A stretch of DNA of 64,000 bases from positions 1,120,001 through 1,184,000 of the forward strand of contig CAVXRD010000002.1 in assembly GCA_963764165.1 (NCBI GenBank), read 5' to 3'. This document shows positions 1 to 8,908 of this stretch, piece by piece. The notes beneath the pieces were generated by a model. That model did no database searches. It was not told the DNA's origin and saw nothing but the letters and a program-made list of their open reading frames with translations. The position numbers were made by a program, and so were the translations under genes. Position 1 is the stretch's first letter. Each line of letters opens with the position of its first letter. Source of the DNA: an uncultured Verrucomicrobiae bacterium. GTDB lineage: Bacteria; Verrucomicrobiota; Verrucomicrobiia; Limisphaerales; Palsa-1400.

Positions 1-352
1 ATGGCTGAGTTTTCAGCCATTCCATGAGTTCAAATCCATTCACGAGCGGCAATTTCAAATCCAAAAATACGAGGATTGGGCGATGGCCATTGGATTTGAG
101 AAACGCACGGGCTTCCACGCCATTGGCAACGCGAACGTATTCGCAGTGAACATCCGCCTTGGATAACGCGCGGCGGAAAAAGAAAAAATCCTCATCTGAA
201 TCCTCCACCAGAAGCACACCCGGGCCTTGAACCACCGCCGGGATATATCCATCAACAATCTGGCGGTGAGAACGAATCTCATTCAAACTTGAGTGGAGTT
301 CCCCAAGCAGCGCCCGCGCCTTCTCAGCGGCCTCGTGGTTGTCCGCCAGCAC
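1..352 (-). CDS. Response regulator receiver (CheY-like) protein, runs off the window edge
   Basis: Manual translation (absent from ORF track): ...GVLLVEDSDEDFFFFRRALSKA...RVANGVEARAFL...PILVFLDLKLPLVNGFELMEWLKTQP, a receiver domain with acidic pocket and DLKLP phospho-Asp motif. Start uncertain (GTG at 352; frame open to 397). Confidence 0.85.
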   Translation of the reverse strand, partial: MLADNHEAAEKARALLGELHSSLNEIRSHRQIVDGYIPAVVQGPGVLLVEDSDEDFFFFRRALSKADVHCEYVRVANGVEARAFLKSNGHRPILVFLDLKLPLVNGFELMEWLKTQP

Positions 353-458
353 CTTCCGAAACTCGTCGAAATCTTCTTCTTTTGCGATACGTAAATTTTA
401 CCATGTAAACATTGCAATGCACCCTGAGCAGATTGCAAGGCATTCCCTTACACGAGTC

Positions 459-782
459 TTACCGACTTTCGCTATAGATCAGTTCGGCGGCTCTAATGGA
501 GCAAAACGACGTGTTGTCGGGCCATTCCTTGAGGGCTGCCATGAGGGCGGCGTCGTATTCGGGCCGTTCAGCCGGCAATCCCAACTCCGCCCTCCGCACG
601 CCAGCCCACCACCCGGGGGCACTTCTCACCTTAAGCGCGCGAGATTGTTTCAAAACCGTGACCGCTTCCTCCAGTCTATGAAAAAAGATTTTGAAGTCTC
701 GTCCGCCAGCGCCACCCGCGCCGTAATCGAATTGGGTTTTGCCTTGATCCACCCCCTGAGGAGCGACAGCCGGTTCGTCCAT
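459..782 (-). pseudogene. Probable remnant of a DUF4034-like protein
   Basis: FKIFFHRLEEAVTVLKQSRALK...WWAGVRRAELGL...YDAALMAALKEWPD resembles, from recall only, an internal segment of DUF4034-family proteins; short, with no plausible N-terminus. Confidence 0.35.
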
Positions 783-980
783 TCGGCATCCGTGGAGTGC
801 TGCGGAGGATTAGAGCCCTGTGGAAGTGCCTCAATTTCGATTCCCCGACGCGCTTGGCAGTGCAACGCGCAGCGGCTGGACTTCGACACAGCCGCGCTTG
901 ACGCAGGCACGGTGCCGCTCACTTCTAACCGCACGCAGGGGCTGACGCCATTATGCCTCGTGAAACCGGTGCTCGAGAGA

Positions 981-1066
981 TGGTGGTAGGTGATGGATTC
1001 GAACCATCGAAGGCGTAAGCCAGCAGATTTACAGTCTGCCCCCGTTGGCCACTTGGGTAACCTACC
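981..1066 (-). tRNA. tRNA-Tyr (GTA)
   Basis: Reverse complement GGTAGGTTACCCAAGTGGCCAACGGGGGCAGACTGTAAATCTGCTGGCTTACGCCTTCGATGGTTCGAATCCATCACCTACCACCA: acceptor stem, GTA anticodon, long variable arm, GGTTCGAATCC T-arm, encoded CCA. Confidence 0.98.
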
Positions 1067-1124
1067 ATTTGCCGGACCGTCCAACATCGGATCATCTCGC
1101 GTCCCGATTCGTGATCGAACGGTC

Positions 1125-1153
1125 ATCTTATCCGCTCATCGCAGACCGCGCAA
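1125..1153 (-). promoter_or_regulatory. sigma70-type promoter for tRNA-Tyr
   Basis: TTGCGC-N17-TAAGAT on the minus strand about 60 nt upstream of the tRNA. Confidence 0.55.
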
Positions 1154-1406
1154 CAATGAACGCGAACTCGGACGAGCGTCGGACCGCGAGAAAAAACAAC
1201 CCGCCTCCTGCCTTCCAAAGAGGGCAAAGGGCGGTCAGTCTCCCGCGTTCCGCAGCGCCTCTAATATGTCACCACCGCCCCTTTTCTGGCAAGAATCAAA
1301 TCGGCCAGCAGAATTTTTCGACGAAATCTTGAACCTGCTCCCGCTTCTGCGCTCCAACTGGAATGGAAAAGAGCCAATTTTCATCGATCAAAAGCCCGTT
1401 GGACGC

Positions 1407-2026
1407 ATGATTGCGGGGCTTAAATTCGTCGTCTGCACCGCCCTCATTTTGTTCACCTGCATTCTCGGCCTGGTGTTGAGCAGTCGCGGGCTTGGCCAGG
1501 CGCCTTCCGCTCCACAAACTGGCTCTTTTCAGGCCGCCAAACGCACGAACGATTCAAGCGGATTGAGCTGCCAAATGCTTCTGCCTTCATTGAAACCAAA
1601 CTCAAACGGAATGATCCATGCCGCTTTCGTCTTGAAGAATGGAGGCACCGAACCGATTCGAGTCTGCGCATTGTGCAATCCGTTGCGCAGCTGTGGTCCA
1701 GGAGGGATCTTCGATGTCTCCGTGATGGCGGGCTTCTTTTTTTAGACGGTCCGGCTGCGGCGGAGTTTTTCAAAGCGGTGAAAACACTGAAATCGTCGGA
1801 GAGCCTGCGGCTGCCGATCGAGATTGATCCAGGCACAAATCAGTCCCTGAAGATCACGGCGCATTTCGCCAGCGAGACAAATATGCTTCCGGCAAAACTC
1901 GACTGCTGGCACGGCGAGATCGATGCAAAGCCTCTCACCGTCAAGATAGAACGACGAAACCCGACAATGGAAGCTCCGCCAGATCATGAACGAAAACCGT
2001 GCCATCGAATCCTATTCGAAGGCTAA
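1407..2026 (+). pseudogene. Exported hypothetical protein split by a frameshift in a T7 tract
   Basis: ATG 1407 gives a signal-peptide-like start (MIAGLKFVVCTALILFTCILGLVL) and stops at TAG 1743-1745 at the end of T7 (1737-1743); a protein-like continuation (LDGPAAAEFFKAVKTLK...WHGEIDAKPLTVKIE) runs in another frame to 2026. Confidence 0.55.
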
Positions 2027-2125
2027 TCCCATCCGCATCCGCGCGCTCGCTCCCGCCGACGCGGAGGCATGCAGAGCGGCGCGGCTGCATGGACTTCGCG
2101 AAGAGCCGCCGACCTTCGGCTCGTG
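1986..2125 (+). pseudogene. N-terminal fragment of a GNAT acetyltransferase
   Basis: IRIRALAPADAEACRAARLHGLREEPPTFGS is a typical GNAT N-terminus; similarity ends just before the convergent mtnA 3' end. Confidence 0.5.
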
Positions 2126-2147
2126 TCGGCCTGACGGTCGCAGACAC

Positions 2148-3308
2148 TTAACGCTTTACTCCGCCGGTGTCGGGCTTGGCCCGCGAAAGGAAATCCTGCT
2201 CCGCGGTCTTGAAGCCCAACTTTTTGCGGTTCTTCCACAAATCTTTGGGTTTGAAGATGCCCTCGGGCGTGATGATGCCGGTGATCAATTCAGCGGGTGT
2301 GACGTCGAAGCCGGGGTTTCTCGCGGTGCTCGTTGGGTTGGCCACGCGGACGCAGCCAAATTCGCCGGTCTTGGCGTTTTTGCCCCAGGCGCCGAGGACT
2401 TCGCTCTCGCTGCGTTCCTCAATGGGAATGTCCAGTCCGCAGGGCATGGTCCAATCAATTGTTGACAGCGGGATGGCGACGTAGAAAGGAATTTTGTGGC
2501 GGGCGGCCAGCACGGCTTTGGTGTAGGTGCCGATTTTGTTGGCGACTTCCCCGGTGCGGCCCAAGGTGCGGTCGCTGCCGACGATGATGAGATCGATTTC
2601 CCCGCGCTGCATCAAGTGGCCGGCGGCGTTATCGGCAATGATTTGGTGCGAGACTTTTTGCTGGGCTAACTCCCATGCGGTCAATGTTGCGCCCTGGCTG
2701 CGCGGGCGGGTTTCGTCGCAATAGACGTGAAATTTTTTCCCGGCTTCCTGCGCGGCGTAAAGCGGGCCAGTGGCGCTGCCGATATCGACAAACGCAAGCC
2801 AGCCGGCGTTGCAATGCGTCAGCACGCGCATGCCTTCGCGAATGAGCGGCTCGCCGTGGCGGCCGATTTGTTCGCAATGCTGGACGTCGTCGTGGGCGAA
2901 TTGCTCGGCGGCGGCCAGCGCGAGCGATTGCTGTTCCTCGACCGTTTCGCCGGGTTGCATCGCGGCGCGGACGTCTTTCATCGCGTTCACCGGATCGACG
3001 GCGGTGGGGCGGGCGTTCGCCAACGTTTGAGATGCGCTCTCGATGTGCAGCAAAAATTTCTTCAGCTCCTTGCCTTTGAAGGCGAGCGCTGCTTGGGCCA
3101 ATCCATAAGCTGCGGTCGCCCCGATAGCGCCTGCGCCTCGAACTACCATATCAGCAATGGCGCGGGCGGTGGCTTTGTAATCGGCTTGCGGCGCGATCCT
3201 AAATTCGTGCGGCAGCAGCCGCTGCTCGATGAGCAGCACCTCGTTGGTTTTCGCGTCGAACGTGACGGTGCGATAATGCCGCCTTTGTCGATTTACAGTG
3301 ACATTCAT
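2148..3308 (-). CDS. mtnA: S-methyl-5-thioribose-1-phosphate isomerase
   Basis: MVVRGAGAIG, RPTAVD, LTHCNAGWLA, DETRPRSQGA, NKIGTY, NPGFDVTP motifs. Confidence 0.95.
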   Translation of the reverse strand: MNVTVNRQRRHYRTVTFDAKTNEVLLIEQRLLPHEFRIAPQADYKATARAIADMVVRGAGAIGATAAYGLAQAALAFKGKELKKFLLHIESASQTLANARPTAVDPVNAMKDVRAAMQPGETVEEQQSLALAAAEQFAHDDVQHCEQIGRHGEPLIREGMRVLTHCNAGWLAFVDIGSATGPLYAAQEAGKKFHVYCDETRPRSQGATLTAWELAQQKVSHQIIADNAAGHLMQRGEIDLIIVGSDRTLGRTGEVANKIGTYTKAVLAARHKIPFYVAIPLSTIDWTMPCGLDIPIEERSESEVLGAWGKNAKTGEFGCVRVANPTSTARNPGFDVTPAELITGIITPEGIFKPKDLWKNRKKLGFKTAEQDFLSRAKPDTGGVKR

Positions 3309-3346
3309 GGGGTGGGTCGAGCGCGGCAGCCCGGCGGCAAATTGCC

Positions 3347-3766
3347 TTAGGACGCTTTTGGCGAAAGTTCGCGAAGTTTGGCGCGAATCTTTTTGTATTC
3401 GTTGTGATCGCGCAAGTTCTTCAGGTCGGGATCTTTGTCGAGGGATTTGAAGTCGCGGTATCCGAGCTTGATAGCCTCGTGAAGGGCCTCGAATGCCAAA
3501 TCAATCTGGTTGGTAAGGGAGTAACTGCACGCCAGGTTGTAGCGCGTGATGGCGTCCTCGGGGCGCAAGCGGATCAGCCGCTCGTCCATCCTCAGGCCAT
3601 CGGCAAAACGACCGCGGCGGGTGTAGTTATCTCCCAATATCTGGAGGGCCTCGATGTATTCGGGGTCACGGCGCACGACGCCTTCGAGGAACAGAATCTC
3701 CAGGTCCAGATCTCGCAATTCCTGACGGGTGAATTTCTTGCGTGGACTATTGATTTTCTTCGACAT
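3347..3766 (-). CDS. TPR-repeat protein
   Basis: ALQILGDNYTRRG...YNLACSYSL...AIKLGYRDFKSLDKDPDL, a TPR with the common YNLAC/DPDL C-terminal cap. Confidence 0.85.
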   Translation of the reverse strand: MSKKINSPRKKFTRQELRDLDLEILFLEGVVRRDPEYIEALQILGDNYTRRGRFADGLRMDERLIRLRPEDAITRYNLACSYSLTNQIDLAFEALHEAIKLGYRDFKSLDKDPDLKNLRDHNEYKKIRAKLRELSPKAS

Positions 3767-4058
3767 ATCGAACTGGCCATGAGTTATTCACAATATCGCG
3801 GCAATGTCGAATTTTTTTTGTAATAATTTGCCGGACGCGTCGGGGCCAATTCGGCTGAGGCGGAACGGTTTAGACGACCGATGCGGAAAAAAAGGCAGCG
3901 CGACCGTCTCGGTCGCCTCCAGTTGGCGTCCCGCTGACTGGCCCGGGCTGCAAACGCGGATTCGGCTTTGCTAATTTATAAGAGGCTTAACATATCTTCG
4001 GCGGGTCGCCGAAGACGGCGTTCGAGACGACCGCGCTACGATTTTGAACTGACGAACC

Positions 4059-5060
4059 ATGAACTGTTTTCTCACAGGTGCAACGGGGTTTATCGGGGCC
4101 AATGTGGCCCATCAACTGGCCGCTCAGGGCCATCGGCTGAAGGTCCTCAGGCGCGCTGGCAGCGATCAACGGGGGCTGGCGGGACTGGCGTGCGAGAAGA
4201 TCGAAGGCGACGTTTCGCAGAAGGCGGTCATGGAAAAAGCCATGCGCGGCTGCGATTGGTGTTTTCACGTTGCCGCCAGCTATCACCTTTGGCTGCCGGA
4301 TTACGCGCCCATGTATGCCGCGAATGTCGATGGCACGCGGAATGTGATCGAAGCCGCCGTGAACGCCGGCTGCAAACGCATCGTCTACACGAGCACGGTT
4401 GGCTGCATCGGGCTGGGTGCGCAGGATGCCGTGCCCTTCGTGCCGACCGACGAATCAACGCCAGTGAGCGAGGCGCAAATGCGCAACCATTACAAGCTCT
4501 CGAAATGGAAAGCCGAAGTGGTGGCGCGCGAGATGGCCGCCAAGGGCGCGCCCGTCGTCATCGTCAATCCCTCCGCGCCCATCGGCCCGCTGGACGTAAA
4601 ACCGACGCCAACTGGAAAAGTTATATTGGACTTTCTTCAGCGCAAAATGCCCGCGTATCTCGACACGGGATTGAATTGGGTCCATGTCCGCGACGTTGCG
4701 CTCGGGCACATCCTCGCGGCGGAGAAAGGGAGGATTGGCGAGCGTTACATCCTTGGCAGCGCGGAAGGGAACCTGACCATGAAGCAGGCCTTGGACATTT
4801 TGCAAGATTTGACGGGAATACCCGCTCCCAAATTTCGCGTGCCTTATGGGGTTGCGCTGGCTGCCGCCTATTTCGACGAGGCGATGTCTTCCATCACGCG
4901 CCGACCACCCAAAGCCCCTCTGGCGGGCGTGCGGATGGCGCGCTACAAGATGTTTTTCAATCCCGCCAAGGCCATCCGCGAACTTGGCCTCCCGCAAACT
5001 CCGCCGCGAAAAGCATTGGAAGATGCGGCGCAATGGTTTCGCCAGACTTCTAAACGCTAG
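4059..5060 (+). CDS. hpnA: Hopanoid-associated NAD-dependent epimerase/dehydratase (HpnA-like)
   Basis: TGATGFIG, FHVAASY, YKLSK, VNPSAPIGPLDVKPTPTG, YLDTGLNWVHVRDVA. Confidence 0.8.
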   Translation: MNCFLTGATGFIGANVAHQLAAQGHRLKVLRRAGSDQRGLAGLACEKIEGDVSQKAVMEKAMRGCDWCFHVAASYHLWLPDYAPMYAANVDGTRNVIEAAVNAGCKRIVYTSTVGCIGLGAQDAVPFVPTDESTPVSEAQMRNHYKLSKWKAEVVAREMAAKGAPVVIVNPSAPIGPLDVKPTPTGKVILDFLQRKMPAYLDTGLNWVHVRDVALGHILAAEKGRIGERYILGSAEGNLTMKQALDILQDLTGIPAPKFRVPYGVALAAAYFDEAMSSITRRPPKAPLAGVRMARYKMFFNPAKAIRELGLPQTPPRKALEDAAQWFRQTSKR

Positions 5061-5224
5061 GCCTGCTGCTGCTGCTCGCCCCAATCGCCTAACTTCAGGA
5101 ACCCGCGAATTTTGCGGCGTTCGTAGCGATTTTTCTGGGCTTTGGCCGGACGGTTGTCGGCCTGTCGGAAGGGGTGTTTGGTATTGTGGACAGTGTCCTG
5201 AATCAAGTTCAGCGTCTTTGTCAT
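5057..5224 (-). CDS. Small basic hypothetical protein (55 aa; below the ORF-track cutoff)
   Basis: GAAGGA Shine-Dalgarno 6 nt before ATG 5224; MTKTLNLIQDTVHNTKHPFRQADNRPAKAQKNRYERRKIRGFLKLGDWGEQQQQA; stop overlaps the hpnA stop (CTAG). Confidence 0.65.
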   Translation of the reverse strand: MTKTLNLIQDTVHNTKHPFRQADNRPAKAQKNRYERRKIRGFLKLGDWGEQQQQA

Positions 5225-5298
5225 ACTCATTCCTTCTCGGATGGCGACGCTGCGTCATTGCGACGTCGCCGCAACCACATGAGCCCGGATCGAGCGGA

Positions 5299-6228
5299 TT
5301 AAATCCGCTGTTGCATCGTCCGGCTACCCATGGACTGCAACAGGGCGAATTGCCCCGATTTCCATTCCTTATTTACCTTCGATCTTTCCAAAGTCAAGTT
5401 AAAATCATGCAACACCTGTGTTAATTCGGGGAATTCCCGAGCAAGAATTCCGGCCACCAAAAGTTTTCCGCCGGGCTCGAGCCAATTGCGAATTTTCTCC
5501 GCTTCCTGAATCAGCAGGGGCGAAATCAAATTTGCGCAAACGACGTCGTATCGCTTTTTTGGACGAAGCGGTTCCTTCGTCAAATCGGCCTGGCGCAATT
5601 TCACCTCGACGCTATTGCGTTTGATGTTTTGTTTGGTGCTGCGAATGCATTCAGGATCGAAATCGAAAGCAGCGACGGGCGAGTAACCGATTTTCGCCGC
5701 GGAGATGGCGAGAATTCCCGACCCGCAGCCAATATCCAGGAGTGACTGCTCCGCGCCATCGCGCCGGAGACGCGTCAATTGTTGCAGGCAAAAAAGCGTG
5801 GTCGGATGCTGCCCGGTGCCGAAGCTCAATCCAGGATCCAGCACGACGACGCGCTGGCCGGGAAGCGCGCGGCGTTTGCTCCAGCTCGGTTTTAGCAAAA
5901 GGCGGCGGCCAACGGAAATTGGGTGGAAATGGTGTTTCCAGGATTCGGCCCAATTCTTTTTGGGCAGCGGCTTAATCTCGAACCGATTCGCACCCAGGTC
6001 GAGCCCGCAGACGGCAAGATTTTTCAGCGCCTCGGCCAAAGTTCCGCCCAGACGCGCCTCGGCTTCCGGCAAGATTTCCGGATACACCGTGATCAGAATT
6101 TTCCCGCTGTCCTCCTCGCGAAAAACAGAAGGCGCCGCTGCGAACATGCGTTCCAACAGCGACGCCAGAGCTTCTTCGCCTTCGGCAGACGATTCAACAG
6201 AGATCTGCCACAAGCGCGCGGGAATCAC
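5299..6228 (-). CDS. prmA: Ribosomal protein L11 methyltransferase
   Basis: NWAESWKHHFHP, LDPGLSFGTGQHPTT, LDIGCGSGIL, YDVVCANL. Confidence 0.95.
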   Translation of the reverse strand: MIPARLWQISVESSAEGEEALASLLERMFAAAPSVFREEDSGKILITVYPEILPEAEARLGGTLAEALKNLAVCGLDLGANRFEIKPLPKKNWAESWKHHFHPISVGRRLLLKPSWSKRRALPGQRVVVLDPGLSFGTGQHPTTLFCLQQLTRLRRDGAEQSLLDIGCGSGILAISAAKIGYSPVAAFDFDPECIRSTKQNIKRNSVEVKLRQADLTKEPLRPKKRYDVVCANLISPLLIQEAEKIRNWLEPGGKLLVAGILAREFPELTQVLHDFNLTLERSKVNKEWKSGQFALLQSMGSRTMQQRI

Positions 6229-6708
6229 TTACTTCAACTTCGCCAGCGCGGCTTGGATGGCGCTGAAATTTGGCAACTCCTTCGGAGACGGCGTTTGCTC
6301 GGCGTATTGAACGACGCCTTCCTTGTCGATCACAAACGCGGCGCGGGCGGAAAAATCGCCAATGCCGAGGAAATTAGGAATCAAAACGTCATAGGCGGTG
6401 GTGACGGTTTTGTTCAAATCGCTGGCCAGCGGAATCGTGATGTTTTCCTTCTTGGCCCACGCTTCCTGCGCGAAGGGCGAATCGACGCTCACTCCAATGA
6501 CAGCGGCGTTCAGGTTGGAATACTGCGAGATGCCGCCGGAAATATCGCACATTTCCTTCGTGCAAACGCCCGTGAAGGCGGCGGGGAAAAACAGCAGCAC
6601 CGTATTTTTCTGGCCGAGATTTGCGCTGAGCTTGATGTCCACCAAGCCGCTTTCAGTCTTCGATTTGAGAGAGAAGTCCGGTGCTTTCGATCCAACTTTA
6701 ATAGCCAT
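6229..6708 (-). CDS. Peroxiredoxin (AhpC/TSA family, redoxin)
   Basis: KVGSKAPDFSL, FFPAAFTGVCTKEMC, GVSVDSPF, RAAFVIDKEGVVQY. Confidence 0.92.
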   Translation of the reverse strand: MAIKVGSKAPDFSLKSKTESGLVDIKLSANLGQKNTVLLFFPAAFTGVCTKEMCDISGGISQYSNLNAAVIGVSVDSPFAQEAWAKKENITIPLASDLNKTVTTAYDVLIPNFLGIGDFSARAAFVIDKEGVVQYAEQTPSPKELPNFSAIQAALAKLK

Positions 6709-6751
6709 AGAGTTTCCTTTTTTGAGTTAATTTCAAAATAACGTGTTCGCT

Positions 6752-6779
6752 ATAATAAGACGGCACAAGTCGGTGTCAA
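6752..6779 (-). promoter_or_regulatory. sigma70-type promoter for the peroxiredoxin-prmA operon
   Basis: TTGACA-N16-TATTAT on the minus strand about 45 nt upstream of the ATG. Confidence 0.55.
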
Positions 6780-6860
6780 ACTGTGAATTGTTACAAGCGC
6801 GCAAGAGGGCGTGAGGCAGAATCCTTCATCAGGGGTTAATCACCCTGGCGCGAGTCTATG

Positions 6861-7337
6861 GTTTTATGCATATAATCTCCGAAAAGCGGCAACATCCGTT
6901 ACATTGTTGATTGCCAGGCATTTAAGTGGCAACAAAAATGGCAACACAGTGGCAACAACCAGCAACATTTTCGGAATGGAAGAGCCCAATACGTCGCGAA
7001 AAACCAAGGGTGCAATAGGGTGCAATAGCGTGCAACGCCCCAATCACGATTTCTGATCCTCTGCGCACTCATCTTCTCTGCGCGAGAGTTTTTTCCCTTT
7101 GTGGATTCATCAGGTCATGAAACGCAGTCGCGCGCAGAGGCGCTGAGAACGCAGAGGTTCCTCGCGGCCTGAAATGAACGCAAGTGTTTATCAAAGAACA
7201 CGCCCTGATGGCAACAGGGAGAAAAATAAGCCCGAAAATCCCTCGTGTCAATTAAGGCTGCAATTGCACGATTCAGTGGTATTATGCCGATATGACAAAC
7301 GAAACATCGATTGTCCGAGCGGGAACGGAGGCGGAAA
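6861..7337. repeat. Copy 1 of a long imperfect direct repeat (left flank of the PIN TA pair)
   Basis: 6861-6880 identical to 8141-8160; 7018-7337 aligns along its length with 8431-8758. Confidence 0.85.
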
Positions 7338-7370
7338 TGGTGTTTTGTTCCAGATCGCCAAGTCCGGTAA

Positions 7371-7613
7371 TTATTTTCCGGTTCCTTCTTTGGCGGCGGA
7401 AATGCGCTGGCGGATTTCCGCCAAAAGCTGGCGGCCCCGCGCGGGATTTCCACGCTGCTGCCGCAGCAGAAATCGCGCCTCGGCCTGACGCTCGGCAATG
7501 ACATGAGTCACAAAGTTGTCAAAAAGACGCTGCACGCTGGTTCCGCAGGAATGGGCCACGCCCATCAGCGCCTTGTGCTTGGCATCATCACAGCGATAAG
7601 GAATAGTTTTCAT
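7371..7613 (-). CDS. Putative antitoxin (ribbon-helix-helix / HicB-like)
   Basis: 80 aa; overlaps the PIN gene stop (ATGA); MKTIPYRCDDAKHKAL...SVQRLFD...AEARFLLRQQRGNPARG. Confidence 0.75.
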   Translation of the reverse strand: MKTIPYRCDDAKHKALMGVAHSCGTSVQRLFDNFVTHVIAERQAEARFLLRQQRGNPARGRQLLAEIRQRISAAKEGTGK

Positions 7614-8032
7614 CGAACAATCTTCAAATGTTGTGCCGGGGTCACAAAGCGTGGCCAGCTAAAAGTGAGATCACCACGCTGGAAATCCCGGATATTATGA
7701 GTGACGAGGTGCTCCGCTCCGCAAGCAATGGCCAGCTCCAGGACATGGTCATCGCCAGGGTCGGGCAAATTCGGCCTCCATCTGAAATAAATCGGCTGCC
7801 AGAGAGCTGCCGCGCAAAAATCATCCAACAAAGTTTCGCGCTCTGCCAAAGACACGGGAACGTCCACCCATAAGGAACCCCGTTGGATAATTTCCTCGTA
7901 TTCCGCCAAAAGCGCTGCCCCCAGATAGGCCTGATCCAGAAGCGCCAAAGCGCGATCCAGCACCTCGGCGCTGGCTCCCTCCGAGCTCCGCAAGGCAGCG
8001 ATGAATACATTGGTATCTTGCACGATATCCAA
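7610..8032 (-). CDS. PIN-domain toxin
   Basis: VQDTNVFIAAL, LAEYEE, RPNLPDPGDDHVLELA, LVTHNIRDF acidic PIN catalytic residues. Confidence 0.9.
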   Translation of the reverse strand: MDIVQDTNVFIAALRSSEGASAEVLDRALALLDQAYLGAALLAEYEEIIQRGSLWVDVPVSLAERETLLDDFCAAALWQPIYFRWRPNLPDPGDDHVLELAIACGAEHLVTHNIRDFQRGDLTFSWPRFVTPAQHLKIVR

Positions 8033-8038
8033 GCCGAA

Positions 8039-8067
8039 AATATGGCATCACCCGTGATGCCAGTCAA
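8039..8067 (-). promoter_or_regulatory. TA promoter with palindromic operator
   Basis: TTGACT-N17-CATATT; TGGCATCAC-N2-GTGATGCCA inverted repeat (8043-8062) covers the spacer; TTG start 6 nt after the -10. Confidence 0.7.
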
Positions 8068-8140
8068 GGTGGTTCGGCCACAACCAAGCCAATTGGTGTG
8101 ATTGGAGGCGCGCGAGCGCTGAGATGAAGTGGGGGATATT

Positions 8141-8758
8141 GTTTTATGCATATAATCTCCCAAAAAGTGGCAACAAAAAGGGCAACATTTTCGAAACGCA
8201 GGAGATCTCAACATCAAGGAAACAAAGGGGAATGCCGCCGGCCAAGTAGGCCGGGTGCCCCACCCGGCAGGGAATTGGTAAAACCGATAAACGCCAAATC
8301 GGACGGCGACGTTAGCAGTCCACGTGCAACTACAAAGGTTTATTGGCGGGTCTCACCAATTCTTTGGTGGGGACTCCTTTAAAGATCCGCACTAGCCAGA
8401 GGGATCACAAAGGCAGATATGCGCAACCACGGGTGCAATAGCGTGCAACGCCCCGCTGACGATTTCTGTCCCTCTGCGCACTCATCTTCTCTGCGCGAGA
8501 GTTCTTTTCCCCTGTGGACGCGGTTTGGTTTCATTGTGGCATGAAACCCAATCGCGCGCTGAGGCACGGAGAGCGCAGAGGTTCCTCGCGGCCTGAAATG
8601 AACGCAAAATGTCAAAGAACACGCCCTGACGGCGACGGGGAGAAAAATAATGCCAAAAACCGCCTTTGTCAATTAAGCTTGCAATACCACGTTTATTTGG
8701 TATAATGCGAAGCATGACAAACGAGGCATCGATTGTCCAGGCGGGAACAGAGGCAAAA
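8141..8758. repeat. Copy 2 of the long imperfect direct repeat (right flank of the PIN TA pair)
   Basis: Matches 6861-7337, with a divergent internal segment of roughly 8200-8430. Confidence 0.85.
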
Positions 8759-8776
8759 ACATTGGCGGCAGACCGT

Positions 8777-8836
8777 CATCCCGGAAGGGATTGCCAGAGT
8801 GCAGCCGGCGGTTAAGCGCAGCGACACCACTGGATG
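8777..8836. repeat. REP-like element (AGCCGGYGGTT.AGCG..GCGACACCAC.GG family)
   Basis: Similar to the REP arms at 61868-61887/63188-63206 and 63311-63341. Confidence 0.6.
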
Positions 8837-8908
8837 CAACGCCAAAAAATCCCAGGACCCCGGAGGAGGCGCCACCTTTGCCTTCCAAATTTACCACTAC
8901 GGTCTGGT

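Noticed and set aside
650..1406. ORFs 650-1126, 339-989 and the 5' part of 990-1745
   Set aside because: They overlap tRNA-Tyr or its promoter and give non-protein-like translations.
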